Shown here: positions 47,311 through 58,188 of the stretch, in pieces
Layout: each line of letters starts with the position of its first letter
Position numbering within the stretch: position 1 is the stretch's first letter
Source of the DNA: an uncultured Atribacterota bacterium
GTDB taxonomy: Bacteria > Atribacterota > Phoenicimicrobiia > Phoenicimicrobiales > Stramentimicrobiaceae
Assembly: GCA_964433555.1 (NCBI GenBank)
Contig: CAYSRG010000003.1
Span: 9,802-73,801, forward strand
Direction: 5' to 3'
DNA: 64,000 bases
Program-made: the position numbers and the translations under genes
The notes under the pieces: generated by a model
Databases searched by the model: none
What the model saw: the letters and a program-made list of their open reading frames with translations, nothing else
What the model was told of the DNA's origin: nothing

Positions 47311-47994
47311 TTAAAGTAATTTTTTCTCACTATCATGTTCGGGTTTTATTTCAGCAAGATAATTATAGATTGTAAAACGAGAAACATTTAATCTTTCAGC
47401 CAATCGATCAATGGCATCTTTTACTAAGAAAATACCATGTTTCTGCAAATATCGAACCATTTCTATTTTATCTTCTTTTTGCATTTTATTTATTTCTTTT
47501 CCTATCCTCTGTTGAGCTTTTGAAAATAATCGTTCCATCAAATCATCCAGGGAATGGGAAAAGGATTCTTCTCTTTCTTCCTTTATAATATTTTCTACAC
47601 TATTCAAATTATTATTGACATTACAAAATTCATCTATTTCCCTGGAGATATTTATCATTGGTTCTATATTATAATTAATGCATAAAAATCCAACAATTTT
47701 TCTATTGTTATCCCGAATAAAAATACTTGTTGATTTTAACTTTTTTCCATCTTTACTTTCTGTTTGATAATTAGCTACATAATCAATGTCATTAAAGAGA
47801 TCTGAGGTTAGAAAATATAAACCTAAATCAGTCATGGGTGCTCCAACTTGTCGTCCGGTTATATGACCATTTTCAATTAATACTATGGAATGCTCAAGAT
47901 CTTGCACATCATGAAGGATAACTTCACAATTTTTTCCAAAAGCCCGGGCAATACCCTTGGCTACTGGAATAAATTTTTCCAGGATAGGATTCAT
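47311..47994 (-). CDS. YheO/DauR-like transcriptional regulator (PAS-like sensor domain plus C-terminal HTH)
   Basis: 227 aa. The N-terminal region resembles the YheO-type PAS domain. C-terminal VSRFTIYNYLAEIK is an HTH. Confidence 0.55.
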   Translation of the reverse strand: MNPILEKFIPVAKGIARAFGKNCEVILHDVQDLEHSIVLIENGHITGRQVGAPMTDLGLYFLTSDLFNDIDYVANYQTESKDGKKLKSTSIFIRDNNRKIVGFLCINYNIEPMINISREIDEFCNVNNNLNSVENIIKEEREESFSHSLDDLMERLFSKAQQRIGKEINKMQKEDKIEMVRYLQKHGIFLVKDAIDRLAERLNVSRFTIYNYLAEIKPEHDSEKKLL

Positions 47995-48255
47995 CTTTTA
48001 TTAACCATCTTATTCAATATTTTAATAACTAAATATGTCTTTTTAATTAATGGAATATAAAAACAAATACTTTATAGAAAGTTTTCTGATGCAATGGAAA
48101 AAAGAGTCACTTGTTAACATAAAGCTACATTCTTTTCAAAAATAACATAACATTACATAAATGTCAATGTTTTATTAAAATATATTTGTAAAATACCAAT
48201 ATTATTTTAATATCAGTAAAAAATTATTTCTTAGAATAAGTAAATCTGAAGCAAT

Positions 48256-49056
48256 TTATAAATTTAATACTTCTTTCATTGAAAACAATCCTTTTTGCTT
48301 CTTTAAAATAAAATGAATTGCCTTCAATGTTCCTTGGGCAAAGGCTTCTCTACCATAGGCTTTATGGCATAGCTCTAATCTTTCACCACTAGAATTAAAG
48401 ATAATAATATGCTCTCCATTTATATTTCCAGCTCTAATGGAATGAATTCCAATTTCTCCTTCTCTTCTCTGTCCAATATTTCCAAATCTTCCATATATTG
48501 CTTTCTCTTCTAAGTTGATCTTTCTCTCTTGAGCAATAATCTCAGCCAATTTTTTAGCAGTCCCACTGGGAGCATCTTTTTTATAGCGATGGTGGGTTTC
48601 AACAATCTCAATGTCATAACTCTCATCTAATAAAGAGGAAACTTTTTTTACCAGTTCAAATAATAAATTCACACCCAGTGCCATATTAGGTGAAAGCACA
48701 ATTGGAATTGACTTCGCAGAATACTTAATCCTATTAATCTGATTTTCAGTAAAACCGGTTGTACCGATAACCATTGCTTTCTTATAAGCCTCACAGATTG
48801 ATAGATTAGCTAAACTTACTTCTGGATTAGTGAAATCAACCACTGCTTCACTTCTATCAATTACCCTTTCCAGATTACTCTCCACCATGATATTGTTTTT
48901 CTTCTTACCCATTGCTTCTCCCCAATCTTTTCCACAAGCTGGATGAGATGGTGATTCGATTATCCCCACTAACTGCAGCAACTGATCATCATAAATATAG
49001 CTGGCTGCCAGAGAAGCCATTTTACCACATCCCCCACATACCACAATCCGATTCAT
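48256..49056 (-). CDS. dapB: 4-hydroxy-tetrahydrodipicolinate reductase
   Basis: N-terminal Rossmann VVCGGCGKMA, E(x)HH..K.D.PSGTA motif (ETHHRYKKDAPSGTA). Confidence 0.85.
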   Translation of the reverse strand: MNRIVVCGGCGKMASLAASYIYDDQLLQLVGIIESPSHPACGKDWGEAMGKKKNNIMVESNLERVIDRSEAVVDFTNPEVSLANLSICEAYKKAMVIGTTGFTENQINRIKYSAKSIPIVLSPNMALGVNLLFELVKKVSSLLDESYDIEIVETHHRYKKDAPSGTAKKLAEIIAQERKINLEEKAIYGRFGNIGQRREGEIGIHSIRAGNINGEHIIIFNSSGERLELCHKAYGREAFAQGTLKAIHFILKKQKGLFSMKEVLNL

Positions 49057-49059
49057 CTT

Positions 49060-49944
49060 CTACTCCTCCAGTAATCCAAATCTTTTCAAATCTTCTTTTA
49101 ATTTTTTAAAATTATTCTCCTCCATATTCACTAAAGGAAGGCGCAGGTCTCCTGCTGGTAATCCTATTAAGCGGGCTGCAGTTTTTACCGGAATAGGATT
49201 AGTTTCATAAAACATGGCACGACTTAAGGGGTAAACTACTTTCTGGAATATTTCCAGTGCCTCTTGAGAATTTCCTTCCAGATATTCCTTAATCATAGAG
49301 GAAACCTTATCCGGTATGATATTGGCTACTACTGAAATAACTCCTTTTCCTCCAATAGATATTACCGGAGGAATGATCTTATCATCTCCAGATAATAGAG
49401 TTATCTTCTCTCCACAAAGGTACATTATTTCAGCCATCTGCTCCAGATTACCGCTAGCTTCTTTTACAGCTACTATATTTTTAAGCTCAGCTAATTCAGC
49501 CAGAGTAGAGGGTAATAGATTCACACCGGCACGAGAAGGTATATTATAGATAACCGCCGGGATATCAATCTGTTCTACAATAGTCTTAAAATGCATATAA
49601 AGACCTTTCTGAGTTGGTTTATTATAATAAGGCATCACCAACAACACTCCGTCAGCGCCCGTATCCCGAGCACTAGCAGTGAGGTCTAGGGCTTCAGCAG
49701 TAGAATTAGAACCAGTGCCTGCAATTACTGGTACCCTGCCTGCAACTGCTTTAATAGTTAATTCAATTACCTTCTTATGCTCCTCATGTGTAAGAGTGGG
49801 TGATTCACCCGTTGTCCCACATGGTACAATAGCATTAGTTCCATTATTAATGTGAAACTCTACTAATTTTTTAATCCCCTCCTCATCAATTTGATTGTTC
49901 TCATCAAAGGGAGTAATCAGAGCCACAATCGAACCACTAAACAT
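49060..49944 (-). CDS. dapA: 4-hydroxy-tetrahydrodipicolinate synthase
   Basis: GTTGESPTLTHEEH, YNKP, YNIPSRAGVNL, AVKEASGN are canonical DapA motifs with the catalytic Lys. Confidence 0.9.
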   Translation of the reverse strand: MFSGSIVALITPFDENNQIDEEGIKKLVEFHINNGTNAIVPCGTTGESPTLTHEEHKKVIELTIKAVAGRVPVIAGTGSNSTAEALDLTASARDTGADGVLLVMPYYNKPTQKGLYMHFKTIVEQIDIPAVIYNIPSRAGVNLLPSTLAELAELKNIVAVKEASGNLEQMAEIMYLCGEKITLLSGDDKIIPPVISIGGKGVISVVANIIPDKVSSMIKEYLEGNSQEALEIFQKVVYPLSRAMFYETNPIPVKTAARLIGLPAGDLRLPLVNMEENNFKKLKEDLKRFGLLEE

Positions 49945-49987
49945 ATTAATACCTCCTTACTATACTTAATATGAAATTCTTTAATAT

Positions 49988-51271
49988 TCACTTAGATAAT
50001 TTACTCTCACCCTTTTCTTTATCATTAATAGGGTCCATTTGCACCAGAGAACTACTGATTAACTTATAGACAATATCTTTATTTTGCCAATCAACAAACA
50101 ACAGAATATCAGTTTTCATAGTTGATATTTCCAGGATGTTAATATGATTTTGCGCTAAGGGTCTGGTTATTCTTTCAATAATTCCAGGTGTTTCAATAAA
50201 ATTTCTACTACTCAATACTAATAAGGCAATATCTTTTTTTAATGAGACTGATTTTAAAAAATCATTTTTTAAAATAATAGGATGCACTAAATCGTAAGCT
50301 TTCTTAGCATATTGCTCCAGCAAATATATACCAATGTAGCTTCTACCAGTGGCAATTCCCTGTATGCTGATTCTATGCTTTGCCAGAGGAGTTATAATTT
50401 CTTTTAGCAGACCAGGAGTTTCCAGAATTTGAGTTCCAATAACTGTAAGCAAACAAAGTTTGTCCGGGAAAATTTCAATTATACTGGTAAAGCTACCCTC
50501 TATTTCAGTACCATTAGAATCCAGGTCTCCATTCTGAAAATTAATTATCTTCGCTTTCATCTTTCCTTCCTTAAAATATAATGCTCTGGGATGGAGAACT
50601 TTTGCGCCACCCTCTGCTAGTATTCCCATCTCTTCTACAGTTATTCTGGGTAAGGTTTTAACCTTTTTTATTAAACGAGGATCGGCAGAAGCAACTCCTG
50701 ATGTATCTGTGACAATAATAACCTCATCAGCATTGATAAAACTACCTAAGGCAAAAGCAGTAATATCACTTCCTCCTCTACCAAGACAGGTGATGCTTCC
50801 ACCATCGATGCTACGGCCTAAAAAACCACATATCACAGGAACAATTCCCTCTTTCAATAATGGCTCCATATATTTTTGACATTGCTCTTTGCTTTTTTCT
50901 AGTATAATATTTGCTTCCATTAAATTTTCTGCATCAGTAATGAGAGGAAAATCAGCTCTGATAGGATCAAAAACAAAAGCCTTTATCCCATTTGCTTTTA
51001 AGGCAGTAAACATTAATCTGGCACTCATTCTCTCCCCAAAGGAGACAAATTCACTATAATCCTGTCTATCATAACCAGACTTGGTAACTCCACTCAGTAA
51101 AGATATCAGGTAATCTGTCGTATCACCCATAGCCGAGACAACTACTAATACTTCATTTCCATTTCTTAATTTTTTAATAACTGATTGAATGGCTTTTTCT
51201 ATTCTTTCTGTATTTTGAATGCTTGTTCCTCCGAATTTTACAACAACTCTTATAATAATCGCCCCTCTCAT
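49988..51271 (-). CDS. lysC: aspartate kinase
   Basis: VVKFGGTSI N-terminal kinase motif and C-terminal ACT-domain repeats. 427 aa. Confidence 0.85.
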   Translation of the reverse strand: MRGAIIIRVVVKFGGTSIQNTERIEKAIQSVIKKLRNGNEVLVVVSAMGDTTDYLISLLSGVTKSGYDRQDYSEFVSFGERMSARLMFTALKANGIKAFVFDPIRADFPLITDAENLMEANIILEKSKEQCQKYMEPLLKEGIVPVICGFLGRSIDGGSITCLGRGGSDITAFALGSFINADEVIIVTDTSGVASADPRLIKKVKTLPRITVEEMGILAEGGAKVLHPRALYFKEGKMKAKIINFQNGDLDSNGTEIEGSFTSIIEIFPDKLCLLTVIGTQILETPGLLKEIITPLAKHRISIQGIATGRSYIGIYLLEQYAKKAYDLVHPIILKNDFLKSVSLKKDIALLVLSSRNFIETPGIIERITRPLAQNHINILEISTMKTDILLFVDWQNKDIVYKLISSSLVQMDPINDKEKGESKLSK

Positions 51272-51321
51272 TATCTTTTAAACTATTAGCTATTTATTCA
51301 ATGCTGAAATAGGAAGATATT

Positions 51322-52491
51322 CTAAATATATGATATATTTGCTTCTTCTAATCTCTTAATTGCCTCTTTAAGTCTCGGTACCTCTACCGTCAGAGCAATC
51401 CTGATATAGCCCTCACCATATTGTCCATATCCCACGCCAGGAGTAACAATAATGCCAGCCTTTTCTAAAACATAATTGGCAAAATCGATAGAATTCATTC
51501 CTGGAGGTGTTGGCACCCAAACATAAAAGGTAGCTTTGGGTGGTTCCAATTGCCAACCTAACTTATTAAAACCTTCTACAATAATATCTCTTCTTTCTGT
51601 ATACATCTCAATTAATGGAGGAATATGTTCTTGGGGACCGGTTAAAGCAGTCATTCCGGCTTCTTGAATCGCTTTAAATATTCCAGAATCAACATTAGTT
51701 TTAATAATGGCAAGAGCAGAAATAGCCTTCTGGTTGCCCACCGCAAAGCCAATTCGCCAGCCTGTCATATTATAAGTCTTAGAAAGGGAATGAAACTCCA
51801 AACATACCTCTTTAGCACCATCAACTTCTAAAAAACTGGGAGCCTGGTAACTATCATAAGCCAATTCTGAATAGGCAAAATCATGACATACTAATAAATC
51901 ATATTTTAGTGCAAAATCTACTACTTCAGCAAAAAAATCACGACTAGCAACAGCTCCGGTAGGATTATTAGGATAATTTAGTAGTATTAATTTTGCTTTT
52001 TTGGCAACTTCTTCATCTATCTTATCCAAATCAGGAAGGTAACCATTCTCTTTGAGCAAAGGCATGAGATAAGGCTCACCATTAGCAAATAGTGTACCAA
52101 TCTTATACACTGGATAAGCTGGATCAGGAATCAAACTTATATCACCTGGATCAATAAAGGCTAGAAAAATGTGAGCAATTCCCTCTTTGGAGCCTATTAA
52201 GGAAATTATCTCATTCTGAGGATCAAGTTCCACTCCAAACCGCTTGAGATACCATTCAGCAACAGCATTCCTAAATTCCCTGGTACCTTCATAAGGTGGA
52301 TAATGATGGGTTTTAGGATCACGAGAACTTTGTGCTAACTGATCAATAATGTGAGTAGGAGTGGGTTGATCCGGGTCACCAATTCCCAGATTAATTACAT
52401 CAATACCTCTTTTTATGGCAGCTTCTCTTTTTTTATCTATTTCTGCAAAAAGATATGGCGGTACTTTCTCAATTCTTTTAGCAATCCTCAT
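51322..52491 (-). CDS. dapL: LL-diaminopimelate aminotransferase (class I aminotransferase, DapL-type)
   Basis: [15 protein letters not shown]...NLGIGDPD is an N-terminus characteristic of DapL, and [14 protein letters not shown] is the PLP Lys region. It is in an operon with dapF and lysA, and the window has no dapD/dapE. Confidence 0.65.
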   Translation of the reverse strand: MRIAKRIEKVPPYLFAEIDKKREAAIKRGIDVINLGIGDPDQPTPTHIIDQLAQSSRDPKTHHYPPYEGTREFRNAVAEWYLKRFGVELDPQNEIISLIGSKEGIAHIFLAFIDPGDISLIPDPAYPVYKIGTLFANGEPYLMPLLKENGYLPDLDKIDEEVAKKAKLILLNYPNNPTGAVASRDFFAEVVDFALKYDLLVCHDFAYSELAYDSYQAPSFLEVDGAKEVCLEFHSLSKTYNMTGWRIGFAVGNQKAISALAIIKTNVDSGIFKAIQEAGMTALTGPQEHIPPLIEMYTERRDIIVEGFNKLGWQLEPPKATFYVWVPTPPGMNSIDFANYVLEKAGIIVTPGVGYGQYGEGYIRIALTVEVPRLKEAIKRLEEANISYI

Positions 52492-52587
52492 AATTAATTT
52501 ATCCTTTCTATTTACTGCAATTTATTACCTATTGAATAAATAGATAATGCTCTTTTTTGATTAATTTTACTTATAAATCTTAATTCC

Positions 52588-53454
52588 TTATATTGAAACT
52601 ATACCAGAAAATGCGGCTTCAGCTGGTCCTGTCATATACACATGTTCATCATTGGTCCACTCAATTTTCAAATTTCCACCCTTTAAATAAACAACTGCCC
52701 TATTTTTTATTCTTTTATTAAGTACCCCTGCTACTACAGCAGCACTAGCTCCTGTTCCACAAGCCATTGTTTCGCCAACCCCCCTTTCCCACACTCTAAG
52801 CTTAATTTCATGATCATTTAAAGGTTGAACAAATTCTACATTTGTTTTTTCAGGAAAAAGATGGTGATTTTCCATAACAGGTCCAATTTCAGTTACCGGA
52901 AAACTTTCCACATCTTCAGTGAAAATAATACAATGTGGATTTCCCATAGAAACACAGGTTACCCTAAAATATTGGCCATTTTCTAAAGAAATAGTTTCAT
53001 TAATAACCTGCCGATCGGGATTTCCAATCATGGGAATATCTTTTTTCATTAAATGTGGTTTCCCCATATCGACTCTAATACCTTTCACTGATCCTGTTTT
53101 TTGTTCATCAAAGATTAGTTCAGGAATAATTTCACCTGCTAAGGTTTCCACTGAAAATTTGTTTTTCCTGATTAGTGTATTTTCATAGGCAAATTTAGCA
53201 AAACAGCGAATCCCGTTTCCGCACATCTGAGCTTCACTTCCATCCGAATTAAATATTCTCATCCTCAAATCATATATCTCTGAGGGAAGTATTAGAATTA
53301 ATCCATCAGCTCCTATGCCAAAATGACGATCACATAGTTTTTTTGCCACTTCATCAAAATTTAAATCTTCAGGAAGCGCTCTGGAATAAAAATCCATTAT
53401 AATAAAGTCATTTCCAATTCCATGCATTTTGATAAAACTAACTTCCATAGTCAT
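52588..53454 (-). CDS. dapF: diaminopimelate epimerase
   Basis: FIKMHGIGNDFIIMD plus two catalytic Cys (MCGNGIRC and ACGTGASA). Confidence 0.9.
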   Translation of the reverse strand: MTMEVSFIKMHGIGNDFIIMDFYSRALPEDLNFDEVAKKLCDRHFGIGADGLILILPSEIYDLRMRIFNSDGSEAQMCGNGIRCFAKFAYENTLIRKNKFSVETLAGEIIPELIFDEQKTGSVKGIRVDMGKPHLMKKDIPMIGNPDRQVINETISLENGQYFRVTCVSMGNPHCIIFTEDVESFPVTEIGPVMENHHLFPEKTNVEFVQPLNDHEIKLRVWERGVGETMACGTGASAAVVAGVLNKRIKNRAVVYLKGGNLKIEWTNDEHVYMTGPAEAAFSGIVSI

Positions 53455-53481
53455 CTCCTTCCTTCTACTTTTTACCTTATT

Positions 53482-54837
53482 TCATCTTTTATCATTTATT
53501 ATGTTCTGATTTAGCCATTGTGGTAAAACATGATTTTGATTCAGATACTGATATGTTTCACCTTTGACCATAAACCCATTTTCCCCATTATTAACGAGAA
53601 TAACTGGTGGTCGAGGGAAGCCATTATAATTGCTGGACATAGCGTAATGATATGCCCCTGTAGTAAAAAATACCACTAAATCACCACATTCTGCTTGGGG
53701 TAATCTAATATTCTGAATTAGAATATCACCTGACTCACAATATTTACCAGCAATCGTAACAGTTTCCACTGGTTTATTCTTAAATTTATTGACAATTAAA
53801 GCCTCATATTGGGCATCATAAAGGCTGGGGCGTGGATTATCGGCCATACCTCCATCAACTATTAAATATTTTCTCAATCCTTTTATCTCTTTAATTGCTC
53901 CAATACGATAAATGGTTATTCCTGCTTCAGCAATGATTGATCTTCCGGGCTCAATGAGAATCTTGGGAACAGCTAATTTATTTTGACTACAAATTTCTTT
54001 TACCTTATTTACTAATTGAGGAACATAGTCACTAATATTAAGCAGCGTATCTTTTTGGGTGTATATTACTCCCAATCCTCCACCCAGATTAAGTATATTT
54101 GTTTTTACCTTATAATTTTGCTCAATAGACTTAATTGTTTCAATCATTTCTTGAGTAGCTAAATGATAAAACTGAATATTAAAGAGTTGTGATCCTATAT
54201 GACAGTGAATTCCCTGGTAGATCAGATGATTTTTGGCTATAATGCCCGGAAAAAAATCCAGAAAATTACGAATATTTATTCCAAATTTTGAATCAATCTG
54301 ACCGGTTTTAATTTTTTCATGGGTATGAGTATCAACTCCTGGAATAACCCTAATTATAATATTTACTTTCTTATTTAATCTTTTGGCAATCCGATCAACT
54401 AACTCTAGTTCATATAGGTTATCAATTATAATTGTTCCCACATTCCTCTCAATAGCAAAATTTAATTCTTCTTCCGATTTGTTATTTCCATGAAAATAAA
54501 TCCTCTCAGCAGGGAATCCCCCTTCTAATGCCATATAGATTTCTCCACCTGAAGAAGCATCAAGGCTCAAACCTTCTTCATTAATAATATGTGCTAAAGC
54601 CTGAACTAAAAATGCTTTACCAGCATAAAGCACTTCATAATCAATGTTACATCTTTCAAAGGCTTTCATATATTCCCGACAATTTTCTCTAATAATGTTT
54701 TCTGAAAAAACATAACTGGGAGTTCCGTATTTTAACGCTAAATCCTCCAAACAGCATCCATCAAAAGTTAATTTACCCTCATCATTAATATTGATACCTT
54801 TTCTATTAATTATTTCTCTTTCCAACGTTAGAGTCAT
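53482..54837 (-). CDS. lysA: diaminopimelate decarboxylase
   Basis: Fold-type III PLP decarboxylase. YAGKAF (PLP Lys), GGG, and CESGD motifs. Confidence 0.85.
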   Translation of the reverse strand: MTLTLEREIINRKGININDEGKLTFDGCCLEDLALKYGTPSYVFSENIIRENCREYMKAFERCNIDYEVLYAGKAFLVQALAHIINEEGLSLDASSGGEIYMALEGGFPAERIYFHGNNKSEEELNFAIERNVGTIIIDNLYELELVDRIAKRLNKKVNIIIRVIPGVDTHTHEKIKTGQIDSKFGINIRNFLDFFPGIIAKNHLIYQGIHCHIGSQLFNIQFYHLATQEMIETIKSIEQNYKVKTNILNLGGGLGVIYTQKDTLLNISDYVPQLVNKVKEICSQNKLAVPKILIEPGRSIIAEAGITIYRIGAIKEIKGLRKYLIVDGGMADNPRPSLYDAQYEALIVNKFKNKPVETVTIAGKYCESGDILIQNIRLPQAECGDLVVFFTTGAYHYAMSSNYNGFPRPPVILVNNGENGFMVKGETYQYLNQNHVLPQWLNQNIINDKR

Positions 54838-54871
54838 TATTTCCTCCTGAAAAATTTATTATCTTATAAAT

Positions 54872-55140
54872 CAAAAAAGAGCAATCTATAAGCGCCAGGC
54901 TCATCGATTGCCCTAAATAAATAGCAAGCGTTCTTTTTACCTCCCTTTTATCTCTCCTCGATGAGATAGCGCACCACCTAAGAACGGGAGTTTCCTTAGG
55001 TGACAGTGCTATGGTTATTAACCATAGTCCCAGCCTGGGGCTTAGAGCATCTACTCCAGACTTCGGCGAAGATCCCTTTCCTGATAGTTCATAACTGCTC
55101 AGGTTACCTATCAGTACTCTTGATCGTTCGCGCCTCTACC
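54872..55140 (-). ncRNA. lysine riboswitch (L-box) with a terminator-type expression platform, controlling lysA-dapF-dapL-lysC-dapA-dapB
   Basis: The minus-strand transcript reads AGAGGCGCGAACGAUCAAGAGUA...GGAAAGGGAUCUUCGCCGAAG...ACUGUCACCUAAGG...GGUGGUGCGCUAUCUC. Against the B. subtilis lysC L-box (AGAGGUGCGAACUUCAAGAGUA...GAAAGGGGAGCGUCGCCGAAG...CUGUCA...GGAGGGCUAUCUC) the conserved blocks line up. It is followed by hairpin GCAATC..GATTGC plus UUUUUU (plus coordinates 54873-54911), just upstream of the lysA RBS. Confidence 0.85.
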
Positions 55141-55312
55141 TCACTTCAGATAAAAAGTGAGGCAACCCATTATTTAATTGTTATTAACCATTTTAACAAT
55201 AAATTTTAAAATGTCAAATATAATTATACTGTATTAATTTTTATGAAAAAATGATAATTAAAAAATAATTAATAGATTTAACAATATCTCTATCTATTTA
55301 AAAAATCTTCTT

Positions 55313-57298
55313 CTACTTTTTCTTAGATTTATATCTTTCCAGAATTAATCTGGCAATTTCCCCCGGCTCAAAACCGAGTAATGCTGCTACCTGTTCTCCA
55401 GGTCCGCTTTCTCCAAATCGCCTGATAAAGATACCGACAGAAAGACCCGGAATAACTTCATACCATCCCTGTCCGGTTGCTGCTTCAATTGCAACCTGAA
55501 AGGAATGCTTCCCATTCAGAATGCTCTCCCGATATTCCAAATCCTGCCTGGCAAATACCTCTCGATCCGGAACAGAAATTACCCGGCAGCAAATATACTC
55601 TCTTTCTAAAATATCTTTAACCTGAAGCGCAGTTTGTACTTCACTTCCACTAGCAGAAATTACCACCTCCGGATCTTTATCACCTTCATAGATAATATAA
55701 CCTCCCCGTGAAAATTCACTTATACCATGCATTTTTTTCAGTAGGGGAAGTTTTTGTCTGCTTAATATCAAAACAGAGGGGCCTTCTTTTTTTTCTAAAA
55801 TACTTTGCCAGGCGGCTTTTACTTCTTCACTATCAGCTGGACGAATAACCTGTAAACCTGGAATAAGCCTTAAAGATTCCAGATGTTCTATGGGTTGATG
55901 GGTAGGACCATCTTCTCCTACATAAAATGAGTCATGAGTAAAGATAAAAATTACCGGTAATTTCATAATAGCTGCTAATCTAATTGCTGGTCTCATATAA
56001 TCTGAAAAAACTAAAAAGGTGGAACAATAAGGTCTTATTCCTTTATGAAGAGCTAATCCGTTACATATTGCTCCCATAGCGTGTTCTCTTACTCCAAAAC
56101 GAATATTGCGGGCATCATAATAATTCTTTTGCACCTCAGGGAATTTTTCCAGATAGGTCATAGTAGATGGGCATAAATCTGCTGATCCACCTGCAATATA
56201 AGGAAGCTCTTCGGCAATTTTATTTAAAATTACTCCAGAAACACCTCTGGTGGCAATTTTCTCAGTCCAATCCATTTCACAAAATTTCATTTTTTCCGGA
56301 ATTTCTAAATTAATTGCTCTATCTAGTTCTTTTCTTTTTTCTGGGAACTTTTCTGACCAGTGAGAAAGCTTTTCTGCCCACTGTTTACTTAAATACTTCA
56401 GTTCCGTTCTTCTACTTTGAAAGTATTCTTTAACTTTAGTGCTGATATAAATATTTTTATCAACAGGTAAGCCAAGATTCCTCTTTAATCCTGCTACTTC
56501 TTCCGGACCAAGAGGTGCTCCATGTGCTGAATGGCTATCCTGTTTGGTAGGCGCTCCATAACCGATGTGAGTTTGAACTATTATAAGAACAGGTTTCCCG
56601 TTTTTCTCTCTAGCTTTCATCAATGATGATCTTACTTCATCAATATCATGACCATTTATATTTTCAATTACCCGCCAGTTATAAGCACGGTAACGCTCAG
56701 CAACTGACTCAGTAAAAGTTAAATCAGTCCTACCAGCTAAAGATATCTGGTTTTGATCATAAATTACAATCAACTTCTCTAATCCCCAATGACCAGCCAG
56801 GGAAGCTGCCTCTGAGGTAATACCCTCCATCATACAGCCATCACTAACTAAAACATAGGTATAATGATTTATGATGTCATATCCTTCTTCATTAAATTTT
56901 TGAGCTAAAATCTTTTCAGCCAGAGCCATTCCTACCCCATTAGCTAATCCCTGTCCCAGCGGTCCTGAGGTAACTTCCACTCCAGGAGTAAGTCCATATT
57001 CCGGATGCCCAGGGGTTATAGAACCTATTTGTCTAAAATTAGTTATGTCCTCTAAAGTAATGGCATAACCAGATAAATGTAGCAACACATATAGCAGAAT
57101 TGATCCGTGACCAGCAGATAGAATAAACCTATCCCGATCAAACCAATCTGGTTTTTCAGGATCATATTTCAGTATTTCACCAAACAGTACTGCACCGATG
57201 TCAGCACACCCCAGTGGTAAACCAGGGTGTCCAGAATTTGCTTTTTCTATAGCATCTACAGATAAACCTCGTATTATTTTAGCAACTTCTGCTAACAT
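55313..57298 (-). CDS. tkt: transketolase
   Basis: 661 aa. GHPG..., thiamine-PP binding GDGCMMEG, and the transketolase pyrimidine and C-terminal domains. Confidence 0.9.
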   Translation of the reverse strand: MLAEVAKIIRGLSVDAIEKANSGHPGLPLGCADIGAVLFGEILKYDPEKPDWFDRDRFILSAGHGSILLYVLLHLSGYAITLEDITNFRQIGSITPGHPEYGLTPGVEVTSGPLGQGLANGVGMALAEKILAQKFNEEGYDIINHYTYVLVSDGCMMEGITSEAASLAGHWGLEKLIVIYDQNQISLAGRTDLTFTESVAERYRAYNWRVIENINGHDIDEVRSSLMKAREKNGKPVLIIVQTHIGYGAPTKQDSHSAHGAPLGPEEVAGLKRNLGLPVDKNIYISTKVKEYFQSRRTELKYLSKQWAEKLSHWSEKFPEKRKELDRAINLEIPEKMKFCEMDWTEKIATRGVSGVILNKIAEELPYIAGGSADLCPSTMTYLEKFPEVQKNYYDARNIRFGVREHAMGAICNGLALHKGIRPYCSTFLVFSDYMRPAIRLAAIMKLPVIFIFTHDSFYVGEDGPTHQPIEHLESLRLIPGLQVIRPADSEEVKAAWQSILEKKEGPSVLILSRQKLPLLKKMHGISEFSRGGYIIYEGDKDPEVVISASGSEVQTALQVKDILEREYICCRVISVPDREVFARQDLEYRESILNGKHSFQVAIEAATGQGWYEVIPGLSVGIFIRRFGESGPGEQVAALLGFEPGEIARLILERYKSKKK

Positions 57299-57579
57299 TT
57301 TTCCTCCTATCTATTTCCTTGGAAATATATCTTCTTTTTATTTTAAATTATTTCTTGCGACAATAGCACAATATAACTTCAATATTATAACACCTTTCTT
57401 TCCTTTCCCATAAACCTGATCCACTATGCACAGTACTACTAATAATCTCATCCCGCAGGATATCTCCGAGATTATGGTGTTATATTTTGATGTTTAGTAT
57501 AATACTATTGGTAACATTTTCTTCTTATAATTATAAATTTAAATTGTTATTAAATATGATTCCAAAACAAAAACTATCT

Positions 57580-58188
57580 TTACCACCCGCTGGAAATTTC
57601 TTTCGGGGTAAATTCTTCCGGATTCTTTCCCAAAGATTCGATTCCTATTATCACTTTACAGGAATTTTCTAATACACTATTATAGAAAAGCGCCTCCTCT
57701 AGAGTCTCTCCAATAGCACCATGTCCTTTTATCACCACAATCTTATTATCCTTTAAATACTTAGGAATTTCTTCTTCCATTTCCTGAGAGCCGCTACCAA
57801 ATTCAAAACTTATCACCGGTATTTTTCTGATGGTATAAGAGCCTTCTACATCTATCGGAACAATCTCATTATATATCAGGGGAAGAATCACAGCATTAAT
57901 AAAATGAGTATGAACAATAGCTAATCCATTTGTTTCTCTGTAAATAGCTCTATGTACTCCTGTTTCACTGGAAGCAAGACTAATTCCACAGTCATTCTTT
58001 TCTAAGCCTACCTCTATAATATCATAATCTTTTAAAAAACCAAGCATAGAACCTCTTCTGGTAATTAGCATGTGATTACCAATGCGCATACTCATATTTC
58101 CACTATGAGTGTCTTGTAATCCTGCGACATAGGAAGCCCATCCAATTTTCTGAAAATATTGTATGATATTTTGCTCTACCCTTTTCAT
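57580..58188 (-). CDS. class II aldolase/adducin-family protein (FucA/AraD/MtnB-like)
   Basis: 202 aa. LAIVHTHF is the zinc-binding His pair of class II aldolases. It overlaps the AOR gene by 4 nt. Confidence 0.6.
   Translation of the reverse strand: MKRVEQNIIQYFQKIGWASYVAGLQDTHSGNMSMRIGNHMLITRRGSMLGFLKDYDIIEVGLEKNDCGISLASSETGVHRAIYRETNGLAIVHTHFINAVILPLIYNEIVPIDVEGSYTIRKIPVISFEFGSGSQEMEEEIPKYLKDNKIVVIKGHGAIGETLEEALFYNSVLENSCKVIIGIESLGKNPEEFTPKEISSGW

Noticed and set aside
55000-55209. 69-aa plus-strand ORF overlapping the lysA leader
   Set aside because: The region is fully explained by a minus-strand lysine riboswitch with conserved L-box blocks. The ORF is an artefact.
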